A stretch of DNA of 64,000 nt from Candidatus Niyogibacteria bacterium CG10_big_fil_rev_8_21_14_0_10_46_36 (GTDB taxonomy: Bacteria; Patescibacteriota; Minisyncoccia; 1-14-0-10-42-19). A program made the position numbers and the translations under genes. Numbering within the stretch: position 1 is the stretch's first letter; every line of letters starts with the position of its first letter. The notes below the pieces were generated by a model, which did not search any database, was not told the DNA's origin, and worked only from the letters and a program-made list of their open reading frames with translations. Location of the stretch: positions 64,244 through 128,243 of the forward strand of contig PFCO01000001.1 of assembly GCA_002772995.1 (NCBI GenBank), written 5' to 3'. Positions 10,494 to 20,098 of the stretch are shown in pieces.

Positions 10494-11711
10494 CTAATCT
10501 ATGCTATTTAATTCAACCGGGAGCGCCAGCATATACAAGAATGCCGCCTCCACTCCTCCAATAAACGCAGAGGTCGGCCCGTCAAACGCCGTGCGGAAAA
10601 ATGAAGGCGTAAAGAGATGAATATCAAACGGCTTGTCTTGAAGGACATATTCTTTGAACGATTCGTCAGAGAATGCTTTCACAAATCCGTCATATACTGC
10701 GCCTTCGCCCAAAAATGCAACCGTCTTGGGAAGTAACGCGCGGGAAGACGCATCTTTCAGCACCTTTTCCAAAAGAGATTTCCACTCTCCGATACCTTCT
10801 TCGATAATTGATGCTATCTTTTTTTCTTTTGACGCTTCAACTTTTCCCTGCGCCCACGCATGGAAAAGCGATATGGCATCTTTTGGCGGAACGCCTAAGG
10901 CGCTTGCAAGCCTGCGGATAATAAAGTGAAGCCCTTTGCCGAATGAAAATGTCTCTTCAATGATGCCCTTCCGAATAACCGTTACATCGGTTATCTCCCC
11001 TCCTATCTCTACCGCGAGCACCCCCGCGTCGATATTAAATGCCACCTTGCCTTCTTCATCTTCCCATAATTGTTTGAGTGTCCGAAAAAATATAAACGGA
11101 CTTGTATAAAATGTTATGTCTTCGGGAGCAAAATGAGTCTCAAGCACATGCGTCAAGTGGTCAATAAAACTCTTGAGACTCAAGCTCATATACATATCAA
11201 GCGATACCTCGTGCGCCTTTTTATTCAAAAAATCATTTACTTCGTAGCCATTCATGAGAATCTTCATAAATGACATTTCGATAATCGCGTAATCCTCTGC
11301 TGGAAAAGAAAACTGTTTGCGCGCATCCTGTATAAACCGCTCTTTTTCCTCATTAATATTCTCTTTTAAAAACGATTTTTCGGCTACGAACGGCTCTTTG
11401 TTGCTTATGTTTACAATCCGGGTCTGTGAAAAGTACCACGGCGAAGACAAAAGCACATGCACATCATGGATGCGCTCGCCATGCAAGACATCAGCAAAGT
11501 CTTTTTTCACCTCACCAAACTCGTGTTTTACAAATTGCTCAAGCGCCTTAAAGTCAGGCTGCGGCATGACGGAATGCGGACGCAAAACGCTTTTAATAAT
11601 ACGCGGCTTTGCTCCATTCCTGACGCCATAGATAATTGCGTTGACACTCCCCGTGCCTATCGCAATACCAATATTAATCTTTTCGTTATGAGATCGTCTG
11701 AGTGCAGACAT
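10494..11711 (-). CDS. Putative actin-fold (ASKHA) ATPase, PilM/FtsA-like, 405 aa
   Basis: Phosphate-1-like IGIAIGTGSVNAII near N-terminus and phosphate-2-like NIDAGVLAVEIGGEITDVTV; weak family assignment. Confidence 0.4.
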   Translation of the reverse strand: MSALRRSHNEKINIGIAIGTGSVNAIIYGVRNGAKPRIIKSVLRPHSVMPQPDFKALEQFVKHEFGEVKKDFADVLHGERIHDVHVLLSSPWYFSQTRIVNISNKEPFVAEKSFLKENINEEKERFIQDARKQFSFPAEDYAIIEMSFMKILMNGYEVNDFLNKKAHEVSLDMYMSLSLKSFIDHLTHVLETHFAPEDITFYTSPFIFFRTLKQLWEDEEGKVAFNIDAGVLAVEIGGEITDVTVIRKGIIEETFSFGKGLHFIIRRLASALGVPPKDAISLFHAWAQGKVEASKEKKIASIIEEGIGEWKSLLEKVLKDASSRALLPKTVAFLGEGAVYDGFVKAFSDESFKEYVLQDKPFDIHLFTPSFFRTAFDGPTSAFIGGVEAAFLYMLALPVELNSID

Positions 11712-11732
11712 AATTCCATCTGAAACCCCTAA

Positions 11733-13445
11733 TTAGGGCTCTATGATGGCCCGGATGCGCCGGACACCTGCTGAAGAAGATTCTTCTTTGGTGATAGTTA
11801 TCTTCCCTATCTCTCCGGTGTGCCGTACATGCGGCCCTCCGCAGAGTTCGCGGGAAAACACTTCGCCGTCTTTTACAACACTATAGACGGAAACGCGCTC
11901 CGGATATTTTTCTTTAAAGAATGCGAGCGCCCCGTTCCGTATTGCATCCTCATATGCCATCTCTTCCATTATAACATCAAAATCGCCCTCAACCACTTTG
12001 TTTGCCATGTCTTCTATCTGCTGGAGCTCATCCTGAGTAACCTTGCGCGGGAAGGTAAAATCAAAACGCGTGCGTTCCGCGGTGATATCGGAACCTGCCT
12101 GCTGTACATCGCCCCCCAATACCTTGCGGAGAGATGCCTGGAGCAGATGCGTTGCGGTGTGCAGGCGGGTTACTTTTTTGACCTCTTCGTCGTTTGCCGC
12201 CTTTAATTCTCCGGTGTTCAAAATAAGTCCGTGCCCGCCGAATTTTTTCTCTTGGCCTTTGCGCGATGCTTCTTGATGGCGCTCAAATTCCTTATCAAAG
12301 TTTTCTCGTTTTAATGCTGAGGCATGCTCTCCCCCCTCTTCTTTTATAATTTCGTACGGAATCCCGTAGCTTTCGTACAACATAAATGCGGACTCCGCAG
12401 TAATCATGTCTTGCTTGTGTAATTCCCGCAATCCTCGGCGAAGCGTTTTTGAAAATTTTTGGTATTCTTCATCAAACACGCCCTCGATAACAGCATAGGT
12501 AAGATTTTTGTAAAACGAGCTATACTCCCGAACAATATGCTCAAATGCTTTTTTGATGTTAATCCCCTTTTCGCCATACACAATGATGCGACGCATGAGC
12601 CTGCGCAGCACATACCCGGAATCTTTATTGGAAGGACGCACGCTATCTGCAATCAAAAACGCAACTCCACGGACATGATCAGCAAAAATTCTTTTTCTAC
12701 GGATATCCATTGCTTCAGGGAGAAGCGCCATAACAGACCTAAATAAATCCGTATCAAAAATAGTCGGCACGCCCTGCGAAACCATTGCGAGCCGTTCAAG
12801 CCCCATGCCTGTATCCACGCCGGGTGTTTCGAGCTTGCGAAGTGTTTTATCGGGGTTGCAATAAAATTCGTTAAACACAATATTCCAGACTTCTATATCT
12901 TTCCCTCCGGCGCTTTTTACATATATTTCCGTTGTCGGCCCGCATGGCCCCTCGCTCCCGGTGGGACCCCAGAAGTTATCTTCGCGGCCTAATTTTTTTA
13001 TGTTTGTAACGCCGAGCGCTTTCCATATCTCTTCAGACTCGGTGTCGGCGGGCACTTCGCTATCGCCCTCAAACACGCTTACATATTCTATCGGCAAGCC
13101 GATTTCTCTCGTAATAAAATCATATCCATATTGGATTGCCTCCTTTTTAAAATACCCGCCAAACGAAAAATTTCCGAGCATTTCAAAAAATGTCAGATGC
13201 GACTCGTCTCCCACTTCGTCAATATCAGAAGTACGAAACGATTTTTGCACAGAAGCCGTATTCTTGCTCCCAAAATCGCGCACCGGATCCGCCCTACCAA
13301 TAAAGTAAGGTTTAAATTGCTGCATCCCCGCGGTCGTTAACAACACCGACGGGTCATCAGGAATAAGAGAAGACGACGGGACGACCGCATGGCCCCGTTC
13401 CTTAAAAAAATCAAGAAATTTTTCACGGAGTTCGTTTGAATTCAT
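11733..13445 (-). CDS. alaS: Alanine--tRNA ligase, short form (570 aa) lacking the C-terminal C-Ala domain
   Basis: MNSNELREKFLDFFKERGHAVVPSSSLIPDDPSVLLTTAGMQQFKPYF (class II aminoacylation domain); HTATHLL and CGGPHV editing-domain motifs. Confidence 0.85.
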   Translation of the reverse strand: MNSNELREKFLDFFKERGHAVVPSSSLIPDDPSVLLTTAGMQQFKPYFIGRADPVRDFGSKNTASVQKSFRTSDIDEVGDESHLTFFEMLGNFSFGGYFKKEAIQYGYDFITREIGLPIEYVSVFEGDSEVPADTESEEIWKALGVTNIKKLGREDNFWGPTGSEGPCGPTTEIYVKSAGGKDIEVWNIVFNEFYCNPDKTLRKLETPGVDTGMGLERLAMVSQGVPTIFDTDLFRSVMALLPEAMDIRRKRIFADHVRGVAFLIADSVRPSNKDSGYVLRRLMRRIIVYGEKGINIKKAFEHIVREYSSFYKNLTYAVIEGVFDEEYQKFSKTLRRGLRELHKQDMITAESAFMLYESYGIPYEIIKEEGGEHASALKRENFDKEFERHQEASRKGQEKKFGGHGLILNTGELKAANDEEVKKVTRLHTATHLLQASLRKVLGGDVQQAGSDITAERTRFDFTFPRKVTQDELQQIEDMANKVVEGDFDVIMEEMAYEDAIRNGALAFFKEKYPERVSVYSVVKDGEVFSRELCGGPHVRHTGEIGKITITKEESSSAGVRRIRAIIEP

Positions 13446-13486
13446 CTTTCCTTATTAAACCAGATTTTTATACTCCCGCAAATGAA

Positions 13487-13517
13487 TATTGACAAGAAGC
13501 AAAATATAATATATAAT
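13487..13517 (+). promoter_or_regulatory. Sigma70-like promoter TTGACA-17-TATAAT
   Basis: ttgaca-agaagcaaaatataata-tataat directly read; followed by SD aagggggaa and ATG at 13560. Confidence 0.6.
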
Positions 13518-13559
13518 TTTTTAAAATCCTGGTTGGATATTTAAAAAGGGGGAAATTCC

Positions 13560-13907
13560 ATGGACCTAAAAAAGATACACCCTGATGCAATAACATTTGG
13601 CGCTGTCGCATGCTGCGCGCTTGCGAATCTTCAATCTGATGCATCTGAAATACAAGAAGCATACAGAACCCGCGTCCCCCGCAAAGAATGGGTGGCTGGG
13701 TTCCTTAGTATATTTAGAGACACAACGCAGCTTATCTTTATCCCGACGGAGACACACAAAGACTTTTATATGGAAGTTATTGAAAAAGAATTTGAAGCGC
13801 TGAAGACCACAAAAGAAGACGCGCTCGTATGCGGACATACTCCTTCCGAGCACATAGAAGCGCTTTGCAAGGTGCTTCATGCATTCAATCGCGGAGAAAT
13901 CCATTAA
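13560..13907 (+). CDS. Hypothetical protein, 115 aa (lone plus-strand gene)
   Basis: Own promoter and SD upstream, intrinsic terminator immediately downstream. Preferred over the antisense ORF 13566..13910 because of these signals. Confidence 0.5.
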   Translation: MDLKKIHPDAITFGAVACCALANLQSDASEIQEAYRTRVPRKEWVAGFLSIFRDTTQLIFIPTETHKDFYMEVIEKEFEALKTTKEDALVCGHTPSEHIEALCKVLHAFNRGEIH

Positions 13908-13911
13908 CAAA

Positions 13912-13938
13912 AAGCGGCCCGACGGCCGCTTTTTTTAT
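13912..13938. terminator. Bidirectional intrinsic terminator
   Basis: aaaaa-gcggccc-gac-gggccgc-ttttttt between the convergent hypothetical gene and secF. Confidence 0.7.
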
Positions 13939-14841
13939 TTATTTTCGAGAAGAGAATTGTTGCCAGGTTACGATAAGCGGGCTTGCAAGAAAGATAGATG
14001 AGTAGGTTCCCGCAACAACTCCCACCAAAAGAGTAAGGGAGAAGAATGTCGTTGATGATTCGCCGAAAAGAAAGAGGAGGAAGAGCACAACAAAGAGTGT
14101 AAAAGATGTTGCAATAGAGCGCCCCATAACTTCGCTTAAGCTCTTTCCTACGACTTCCTCAAAAGGAATAGTAGAACCGATGCGCGTAATATTCTCGCGG
14201 ATGCGGTCGAATACAATTATAGTGTCATGGACCGAAAACCCAAGAATGGTCAAAAGAGCAGTCACAAAGAGCGTTCCCACTTCAACATGATAAAACTGAC
14301 CTAAAAGCGAAAAGAGTCCCACCGGAATAATAACATCATGAGCAAGAGCAATCAGCGCCACTAGCCCATACTTCCATGACGCAACCGGACGCGACACCTT
14401 ACGAAAACTCCATGTGATAAAAATAAGTATCATCAAGAGCACCAGCAAAAGTGCCGTAAATGATTTTCGCCGCAATTCATTCCCGATAACCGGACCAATG
14501 GAATCAAAACGCAACTCCTCAAGCACCACTGCGGGCTCTGTGTCCCCGGCAAGTGCCTGAAGAATGATTTGGTGTTCGGTTTCTGTTATATCACGGGTGC
14601 GTATTAAAAGATTGCTCTCCTCCGAAGGTTGTAATACCGCCGAACCAAACTTCACATTATTCAGACGTTCTTGCAATATTGGGATTTCCGGACGCACATC
14701 AGTAAAGCGCACTTCTAAAAGCGACCCTCCCGTAAAATCAATACCAAACTGCAGTCCCCACACAGCAAGAAACACAATGCTCGCGCATACAAGCACCCCT
14801 GAAAATATATAAAATAGTTTTCTATGCGTTACGATGAACAT
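13939..14841 (-). CDS. secF: Protein translocase subunit SecF
   Basis: 6-TM SecF architecture; IDFTGGSLLEVRF motif; adjacent to secD. Confidence 0.9.
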   Translation of the reverse strand: MFIVTHRKLFYIFSGVLVCASIVFLAVWGLQFGIDFTGGSLLEVRFTDVRPEIPILQERLNNVKFGSAVLQPSEESNLLIRTRDITETEHQIILQALAGDTEPAVVLEELRFDSIGPVIGNELRRKSFTALLLVLLMILIFITWSFRKVSRPVASWKYGLVALIALAHDVIIPVGLFSLLGQFYHVEVGTLFVTALLTILGFSVHDTIIVFDRIRENITRIGSTIPFEEVVGKSLSEVMGRSIATSFTLFVVLFLLFLFGESSTTFFSLTLLVGVVAGTYSSIFLASPLIVTWQQFSSRK

Positions 14842-14846
14842 ATTTT

Positions 14847-16208
14847 TTATTTAATGCCGCTTCCATACAGAAACGAACTTATCGCTTTGTTGCGGAATCC
14901 CACCGCAAGTAAAAATGTGCGAGTCACCAAAAATGCGGATGTTAAGCTCGCGAACACTCCAATACCAAGGGTTAACGCAAACCCCTTTATAATACTTGTC
15001 CCAAACCAGAACAAGATGGTTGAAGTAATAAGCGTAGAAATGTTTGCGTCTCTGATAGACGGCCACGCGCGCCAAAATCCTTCTTTTACACCAATGTCCA
15101 GCTGCTGTCCGCGGCGGACTTCCTCCTTGATGCGCTCAAAAATAAGAATATTTGCATCCACCGCCATACCGACCGAAAGAATAAATCCTGCGATGCCCGC
15201 GGTTGTAAGTGTAACGCCAAACAGCTTAAACAAAAAAAGCAGGACAATGGTATAGAATGCGATCGAAAAAATACCGATGAGCCCGGGGAGCCGGTACCAT
15301 AAGAGCAGGAACAACGCAACCGCAATGAGCGCATACGCGCCCGCATTCACTCCTTTTGCAAGAGCTGAAGCGCCAAGCGACGGCCCGACATTCTGCTGTG
15401 ATATCAATTCAATAGGAAGCGGGAGCGCCCCCGAATTTAAATTACGCACTAAATCACGCACTTCTTCCGCGGTAAAGTTTCCGGTAATCTGCGCTTGTCC
15501 CCCCGATATTTCCCCCTGCACAACCGGCGTACTTATAGGAACGCCGTCCAAATAAATGGCTATGGTTTTCCCGACATTATCGCGGGTAAGCTGCCGGAAA
15601 ATTTCCGCCCCGTCATCATTGAATTGGAGCCCCACACTCGGCCCCAAACTGCTCTGTCCGTCTCCAAACAATATAGTTGCTTCTTTTAAATATCTCCCGG
15701 TAAGGTCAGTATGCAAATAAAAAAGATCGTCAGGAATTGCCGTACCTGCAGGTATCGGCTCACCTTCTTGAATGCCTAAGTCCGCAAGCATCTGTTTTGC
15801 TTCTTCTTCAGGGCGTTCGGTACGAAATTCCAAAAACGGGGTTTGGCCGATTATCTGGATTGCCTGTCCTATGTCAAAGACGCCCGCAAGCTCTACGATA
15901 AGACGCTGCTCGTCGCCTGACTGCTGAACCTGCACCAACGGTTCGGTAACGCCAAAAAAGTTTACACGCCGTTCAACAACATCTCGGAGACCTGCCATCG
16001 CTTCGTCTATGTTGCGCCCGCCCAAAACGGATGTATCAGCGCGATACACTAAATGCGTTCCTCCCTGCAAATCAAGACCGAGCTTGAATGGGACAACGTC
16101 TTGAAATGCTCCACCGATAAATGGAGAAATATTGATATAGCCCAAACATACCCCTAACAAGAGGAGGATAACGGCTCCTATGCGTATTGCTAATTGAGAT
16201 TTCATCAT
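14847..16208 (-). CDS. secD: Protein translocase subunit SecD
   Basis: LGLDLQGGTHLVY motif, periplasmic domain then C-terminal TM bundle. Confidence 0.9.
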   Translation of the reverse strand: MMKSQLAIRIGAVILLLLGVCLGYINISPFIGGAFQDVVPFKLGLDLQGGTHLVYRADTSVLGGRNIDEAMAGLRDVVERRVNFFGVTEPLVQVQQSGDEQRLIVELAGVFDIGQAIQIIGQTPFLEFRTERPEEEAKQMLADLGIQEGEPIPAGTAIPDDLFYLHTDLTGRYLKEATILFGDGQSSLGPSVGLQFNDDGAEIFRQLTRDNVGKTIAIYLDGVPISTPVVQGEISGGQAQITGNFTAEEVRDLVRNLNSGALPLPIELISQQNVGPSLGASALAKGVNAGAYALIAVALFLLLWYRLPGLIGIFSIAFYTIVLLFLFKLFGVTLTTAGIAGFILSVGMAVDANILIFERIKEEVRRGQQLDIGVKEGFWRAWPSIRDANISTLITSTILFWFGTSIIKGFALTLGIGVFASLTSAFLVTRTFLLAVGFRNKAISSFLYGSGIK

Positions 16209-16212
16209 ACGA

Positions 16213-17658
16213 TCAATGCTCTTCTTCCAGAATAATCTCCGAGGGAGATGCCTTAAAATGTTTTTTTAATATAGCGATTATAGCATCTTTCCCCTGTTCG
16301 TATTCCTCAGGCGGGATGAAGATATCTCCCATACTAATATCTTGGTGATAATGTTTCAAGATGAACGAAGAATCCTCCATACTAAGAGCAGTTCGGATGC
16401 CAAATTGCTTACGGATAATCATAAGGGGGGTCATGGAAAGCGCGGAAAAAAGAGAACGTGTTTTTTCGTGTTCTTTTTTGGACGAAATGCCTTCTTCATA
16501 GTCTAAAAACTTGCTCTGAGAAAATACCAGGAACGGGTGCACCGATATTTTCTGGAAATCCCGCCGCATGTTCTTAAACAATGTTTCAGCTCCTGAATTT
16601 TTCCCCCATATGCGCACCACGCGCTTGGCGGGTTTACGCGCAATCAGCCTGCCTGACCACGAAAATGGATGTGTTTCCGCATACTGATACAACAATTCAA
16701 AAAAAGTCGTATCTTGGAGCATAACATATTCTTCAAGATCGCTCGGGATAGGATAGTCTATTTCGCGGGTAGAAAATGCTTCTTTCAGATAATATTCAAA
16801 GCAACGCACTGTCTTGTGAAAATACACCTGCGTGAACATGTTGTAGCGCGCGAGCAAATAATATTCAAACGAGTGAACGCCCGCTTCAAAAATAGATGTT
16901 ATATATTCCCCCTTTCGCTCTATGACGCCGAACGAATTGATAAGCCAATATGCGTCGTAGTTGCCGTACGGAACGCCGGTAAAATATGAATCGCGTAACA
17001 GATAATCCATCCGGTCGATGTCGATATCGCCGGATATCCACGAACGGATAAGCGCATGAAGTGCTTTTGTGTTGATGTCTGAAGAAAATTGCTTGTGCCA
17101 TGAATCAGGAATACGGATGTGTTTATGGATGAGAGACGCTATAATCTCCGCTTCGGTTTCTGACAAAACCGCCTTATATTTCCGTCCGCGGAAAAGCACA
17201 TCTTTTGCAAGCGCGTATATGATAAGGACGCTGTAATCTTCGTGTTTCGCGCGCCGAGCCTGCTTTTCTTTAAAACGGGATTGTGGGATAGCAAGGTCTT
17301 TCAAATCGGGCATATGATACTCTGTTGCGTGAGAGAACGGCGCATGTCCGATATCATGCAAGAGTCCCGAAAGCTTCATCATAAGCATTAGGAATTCTTT
17401 TTCTTTTTTCTTGAGAACCCGCGCAAGCACAGAATATTCTTTGTTGTAAAAAAATTGCCGGCCGATGAGAGACGCCATATGCATCGCACCCAATGAATGC
17501 GAAAAACGGTCGTGTACCGCGCCAGGAAATACAAAATGCACAAGCGCTAACTGCTTAATGTGGCGCAAACGCTGAAAGTACGGATGGTCAATGACTGTTT
17601 TTTCCCGCTCGCCATACGGAATAATCCGGTGGATAGTATCATTAATCTTGTAGCGCAT
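16213..17658 (-). CDS. HD-domain dNTP triphosphohydrolase (dGTPase-like), 481 aa
   Basis: HDRFSHSLGAMHMAS ... LLHDIGHAPFSH motif pair typical of the Dgt/SAMHD1 family. Confidence 0.75.
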   Translation of the reverse strand: MRYKINDTIHRIIPYGEREKTVIDHPYFQRLRHIKQLALVHFVFPGAVHDRFSHSLGAMHMASLIGRQFFYNKEYSVLARVLKKKEKEFLMLMMKLSGLLHDIGHAPFSHATEYHMPDLKDLAIPQSRFKEKQARRAKHEDYSVLIIYALAKDVLFRGRKYKAVLSETEAEIIASLIHKHIRIPDSWHKQFSSDINTKALHALIRSWISGDIDIDRMDYLLRDSYFTGVPYGNYDAYWLINSFGVIERKGEYITSIFEAGVHSFEYYLLARYNMFTQVYFHKTVRCFEYYLKEAFSTREIDYPIPSDLEEYVMLQDTTFFELLYQYAETHPFSWSGRLIARKPAKRVVRIWGKNSGAETLFKNMRRDFQKISVHPFLVFSQSKFLDYEEGISSKKEHEKTRSLFSALSMTPLMIIRKQFGIRTALSMEDSSFILKHYHQDISMGDIFIPPEEYEQGKDAIIAILKKHFKASPSEIILEEEH

Positions 17659-17667
17659 AATTCCAGC

Positions 17668-17700
17668 ATACCATAGAAAAAGCCCCGCTCTTACTGACGG
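17668..17700 (-). terminator. Intrinsic terminator downstream of folA fusion gene
   Basis: Minus strand: gccccgtcagtaagagcggggc followed by TTTTTCT. Confidence 0.6.
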
Positions 17701-17710
17701 GGCTTACGGG

Positions 17711-18484
17711 TTACATAACCTGTATTGCATAATATTCGATAATAGAATTTGCAAGAAGTTTTTGGCACATTGACTCAACGCTCTTGCGGATGCTTGCCGA
17801 GCTTGTCCCGCGCATTTCAAGCTGTATGCGCTTTCCAATCCGTACGCGATTCACATGAGTAAACCCGAGCGTGTGAAGTCCCTTCATAATAGCAGCCCCT
17901 TCCGGATCAAGAATAGAATCCTTCGGCATGATTTCAACGACGACATGGAATGCCCGCTCGAGGACACTCCGTTCTTTTTCGGTCAACTTTGCGTAGGTGA
18001 CATACGCGTGGCGATGCATGTTCTCTTCATCAGGCAATGCTTCAATGCGGGATATTTCTTTCCACCATGAGGAATCAATATCCGGGAAGAACGCGTCTCC
18101 CTCGCACTCATAATCAATTTCGGTGATATAAAGCCGTTCGGTATATCTCAATCCCTCCTTATACACCACTGAACCGCCAATAATAAATATCTCTTCTGCG
18201 TGAGGAGATATTTGGGCATAAAAAAGCCCCTCACCTAATGAATGCGCGACAAGACACCCCGGAGCCGCGTATACATCACGCTTTGTGATAACAATATTAG
18301 TCCTTTGCGGAAGGGGCTTTTTTCCAATTGACTCAAATGTCTTTCGTCCCATGATAACCGGATGCCCTTTTGTCATACTCGCAAAGTACGCCATATCCTT
18401 CGGTAAATGCCAGGGCAACTTTCCCCTATGTCCGATAACATTGTTTTTTGCCATAGCCGCAATCATTGATACCGCCATAATCAT
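17711..18484 (-). CDS. folA: Dihydrofolate reductase fused to a C-terminal PurS domain, 257 aa
   Basis: N-terminal ~175 aa is DHFR (IGHRGKLPWHLPKDMAYFASMTKGHPVIMGRKTFESIG, IIGGSVVY). C-terminal ~80 aa matches PurS closely (ILDPEGAAIMKGLHTLGFTHVNRVRIGKRIQLEM...SMCQKLLANSIIEYYAIQV versus the PurS VLDPQG...LGF...VRIGK...MCEKLLANTVIEDY pattern). Confidence 0.85.
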   Translation of the reverse strand: MIMAVSMIAAMAKNNVIGHRGKLPWHLPKDMAYFASMTKGHPVIMGRKTFESIGKKPLPQRTNIVITKRDVYAAPGCLVAHSLGEGLFYAQISPHAEEIFIIGGSVVYKEGLRYTERLYITEIDYECEGDAFFPDIDSSWWKEISRIEALPDEENMHRHAYVTYAKLTEKERSVLERAFHVVVEIMPKDSILDPEGAAIMKGLHTLGFTHVNRVRIGKRIQLEMRGTSSASIRKSVESMCQKLLANSIIEYYAIQVM

Positions 18485-18490
18485 CTCTCC

Positions 18491-19426
18491 TTACACCGCG
18501 ATGGGCGCTTTTATCGCCGGATACGGTTCATAGTTGAGTAATGCAATATCGCTGTACGAAAAATCAAATATCGAATCAATAGATGCATTAAGCTTAACAA
18601 CCGGTAACGGCTTGGGAGCGCGTTCAAGCTGTTCGTTCACTTGTTCTATGTGATTTCTGTAAATATGAACATCGCCGAATGTGTGCACGAATTCATGCGG
18701 CTTGAGCCCGGTTACACGCGCAATCATGCATGTAAGCAGGGCGTAGGAAGCGATATTGAAAGGAACGCCCAAAAATACATCAGCACTTCGCTGGTACATG
18801 TGGCACGAAAGGTTGCCGTCTGCGACATAGAACTGGAAAAAACAATGACATGGTGGAAGCGCCATCTTGCTGATATATGAAACATTCCAAGCGCTTACGA
18901 TAAGACGCCTGCTATCAGGGTTCTTTTGTATCTGGGACACGACATCCGCTATCTGGTCTATCGGCTTTCCGTCCAGTCCTGGCCATGCGCGCCATTGTTT
19001 TCCGTACACGGGCCCAAGATCCCCCCACCGGAGCGCAAAGAGATTGTCCGTCCGTATTTTTTCTGCAAATTCTTGAGCGGACTCGCCTGCATATTCCTCG
19101 CTTTTCTTATACGCCGCAAACGGCCAATCGTCCCAAATGTGTACTTTTTTTTCAACAAGAGATTGGATGTTTGTTTCTCCGCGCAAAAGCCACAGCAGCT
19201 CCTCAACAACCAAACGAAACGGCATTCTTTTTGTTGTAAGCAGCGGGAATCCTTTTTTGAGATCAAAACGGAGCTGGCGGCCAAACACGCTTTTTGTACC
19301 CACGCCCGTTCTGTCTTCTTTTTCATTTCCGTTGTCTCTGATGTCACGCAATAAGTCTAGATACGCCTGCATGCATATTCTCCCTGTAAAAGAATTTTCT
19401 TTATTTTGCCACCAAAAAAACCGCAC
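18491..19426 (-). CDS. thyA: Thymidylate synthase (ThyA type)
   Basis: [47 protein letters not shown]. Confidence 0.95.
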   Translation of the reverse strand: MRFFWWQNKENSFTGRICMQAYLDLLRDIRDNGNEKEDRTGVGTKSVFGRQLRFDLKKGFPLLTTKRMPFRLVVEELLWLLRGETNIQSLVEKKVHIWDDWPFAAYKKSEEYAGESAQEFAEKIRTDNLFALRWGDLGPVYGKQWRAWPGLDGKPIDQIADVVSQIQKNPDSRRLIVSAWNVSYISKMALPPCHCFFQFYVADGNLSCHMYQRSADVFLGVPFNIASYALLTCMIARVTGLKPHEFVHTFGDVHIYRNHIEQVNEQLERAPKPLPVVKLNASIDSIFDFSYSDIALLNYEPYPAIKAPIAV

Positions 19427-19450
19427 GGCAAGCCGTGCGGATTGGTATAT

Positions 19451-20095
19451 TTAAATCTGTATACCAAATCTTCTTAAGAAAAATGCATCAATACATTTTT
19501 TTGTTTTCTTCCAAACATCTTCCACGGAGCGTGAGGCGTCGATGATGTTCCATCTGTTTATGTCTTCTTCCGCCTGCTCTAAGAAGCTTTTGCGGACGCG
19601 CCGTTGGTAATCCATATCCTTTTTTTCAAACGATGTTTCGGCCCTTGCTCGTGTGAATGCCTTTTCCGGGTCTACATCATACAGCAGTATCATGTCAGGC
19701 CACGTGCCGCTTCGGGCTTTGCCGCTTTGTTCTCTGATACGATTGACGGGCATGCCTCCACCTGCACCCTGATATGCGATACTTGAGGGTTCGAATCTGT
19801 CGCAAAGCACTATTTTCTTTTCTTTGAGCGCAGGAAGGATCTTTTGTTCTACATGTATCCGCCTGTCTTCGCAAAAAAGCGCCAATTGCTCCTCTGCGGT
19901 CAATGATTCGTCAGAGAGCACCTTTTCACGGATTGCAATATCACCGCCCCCCGGCTCTTTCGTCCGCAGTACAGGATATCCTTTGCTTTCCAAATACCGC
20001 TCTGCCATTTCTAGCTGAGTGGTTTTTCCTACCTTGTCGCCTCCTTCAAATAAAATAAAAATGCCCCTCGGCAATGCTTTCATATACATATACAC
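19451..20095 (-). CDS. tmk: Thymidylate kinase
   Basis: P-loop ILFEGGDKVGKTTQ, LID region; real start probably MKALPRG a few codons inside. Confidence 0.9.
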   Translation of the reverse strand: MYMYMKALPRGIFILFEGGDKVGKTTQLEMAERYLESKGYPVLRTKEPGGGDIAIREKVLSDESLTAEEQLALFCEDRRIHVEQKILPALKEKKIVLCDRFEPSSIAYQGAGGGMPVNRIREQSGKARSGTWPDMILLYDVDPEKAFTRARAETSFEKKDMDYQRRVRKSFLEQAEEDINRWNIIDASRSVEDVWKKTKKCIDAFFLRRFGIQI

Positions 20096-20098
20096 TCC

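Noticed and set aside
13566-13910. Minus-strand 114-aa ORF overlapping the plus-strand 13560..13907 ORF
   Set aside because: The plus-strand frame has a consensus promoter, SD and downstream terminator. The minus frame has none of these and would have to read through the terminator hairpin.
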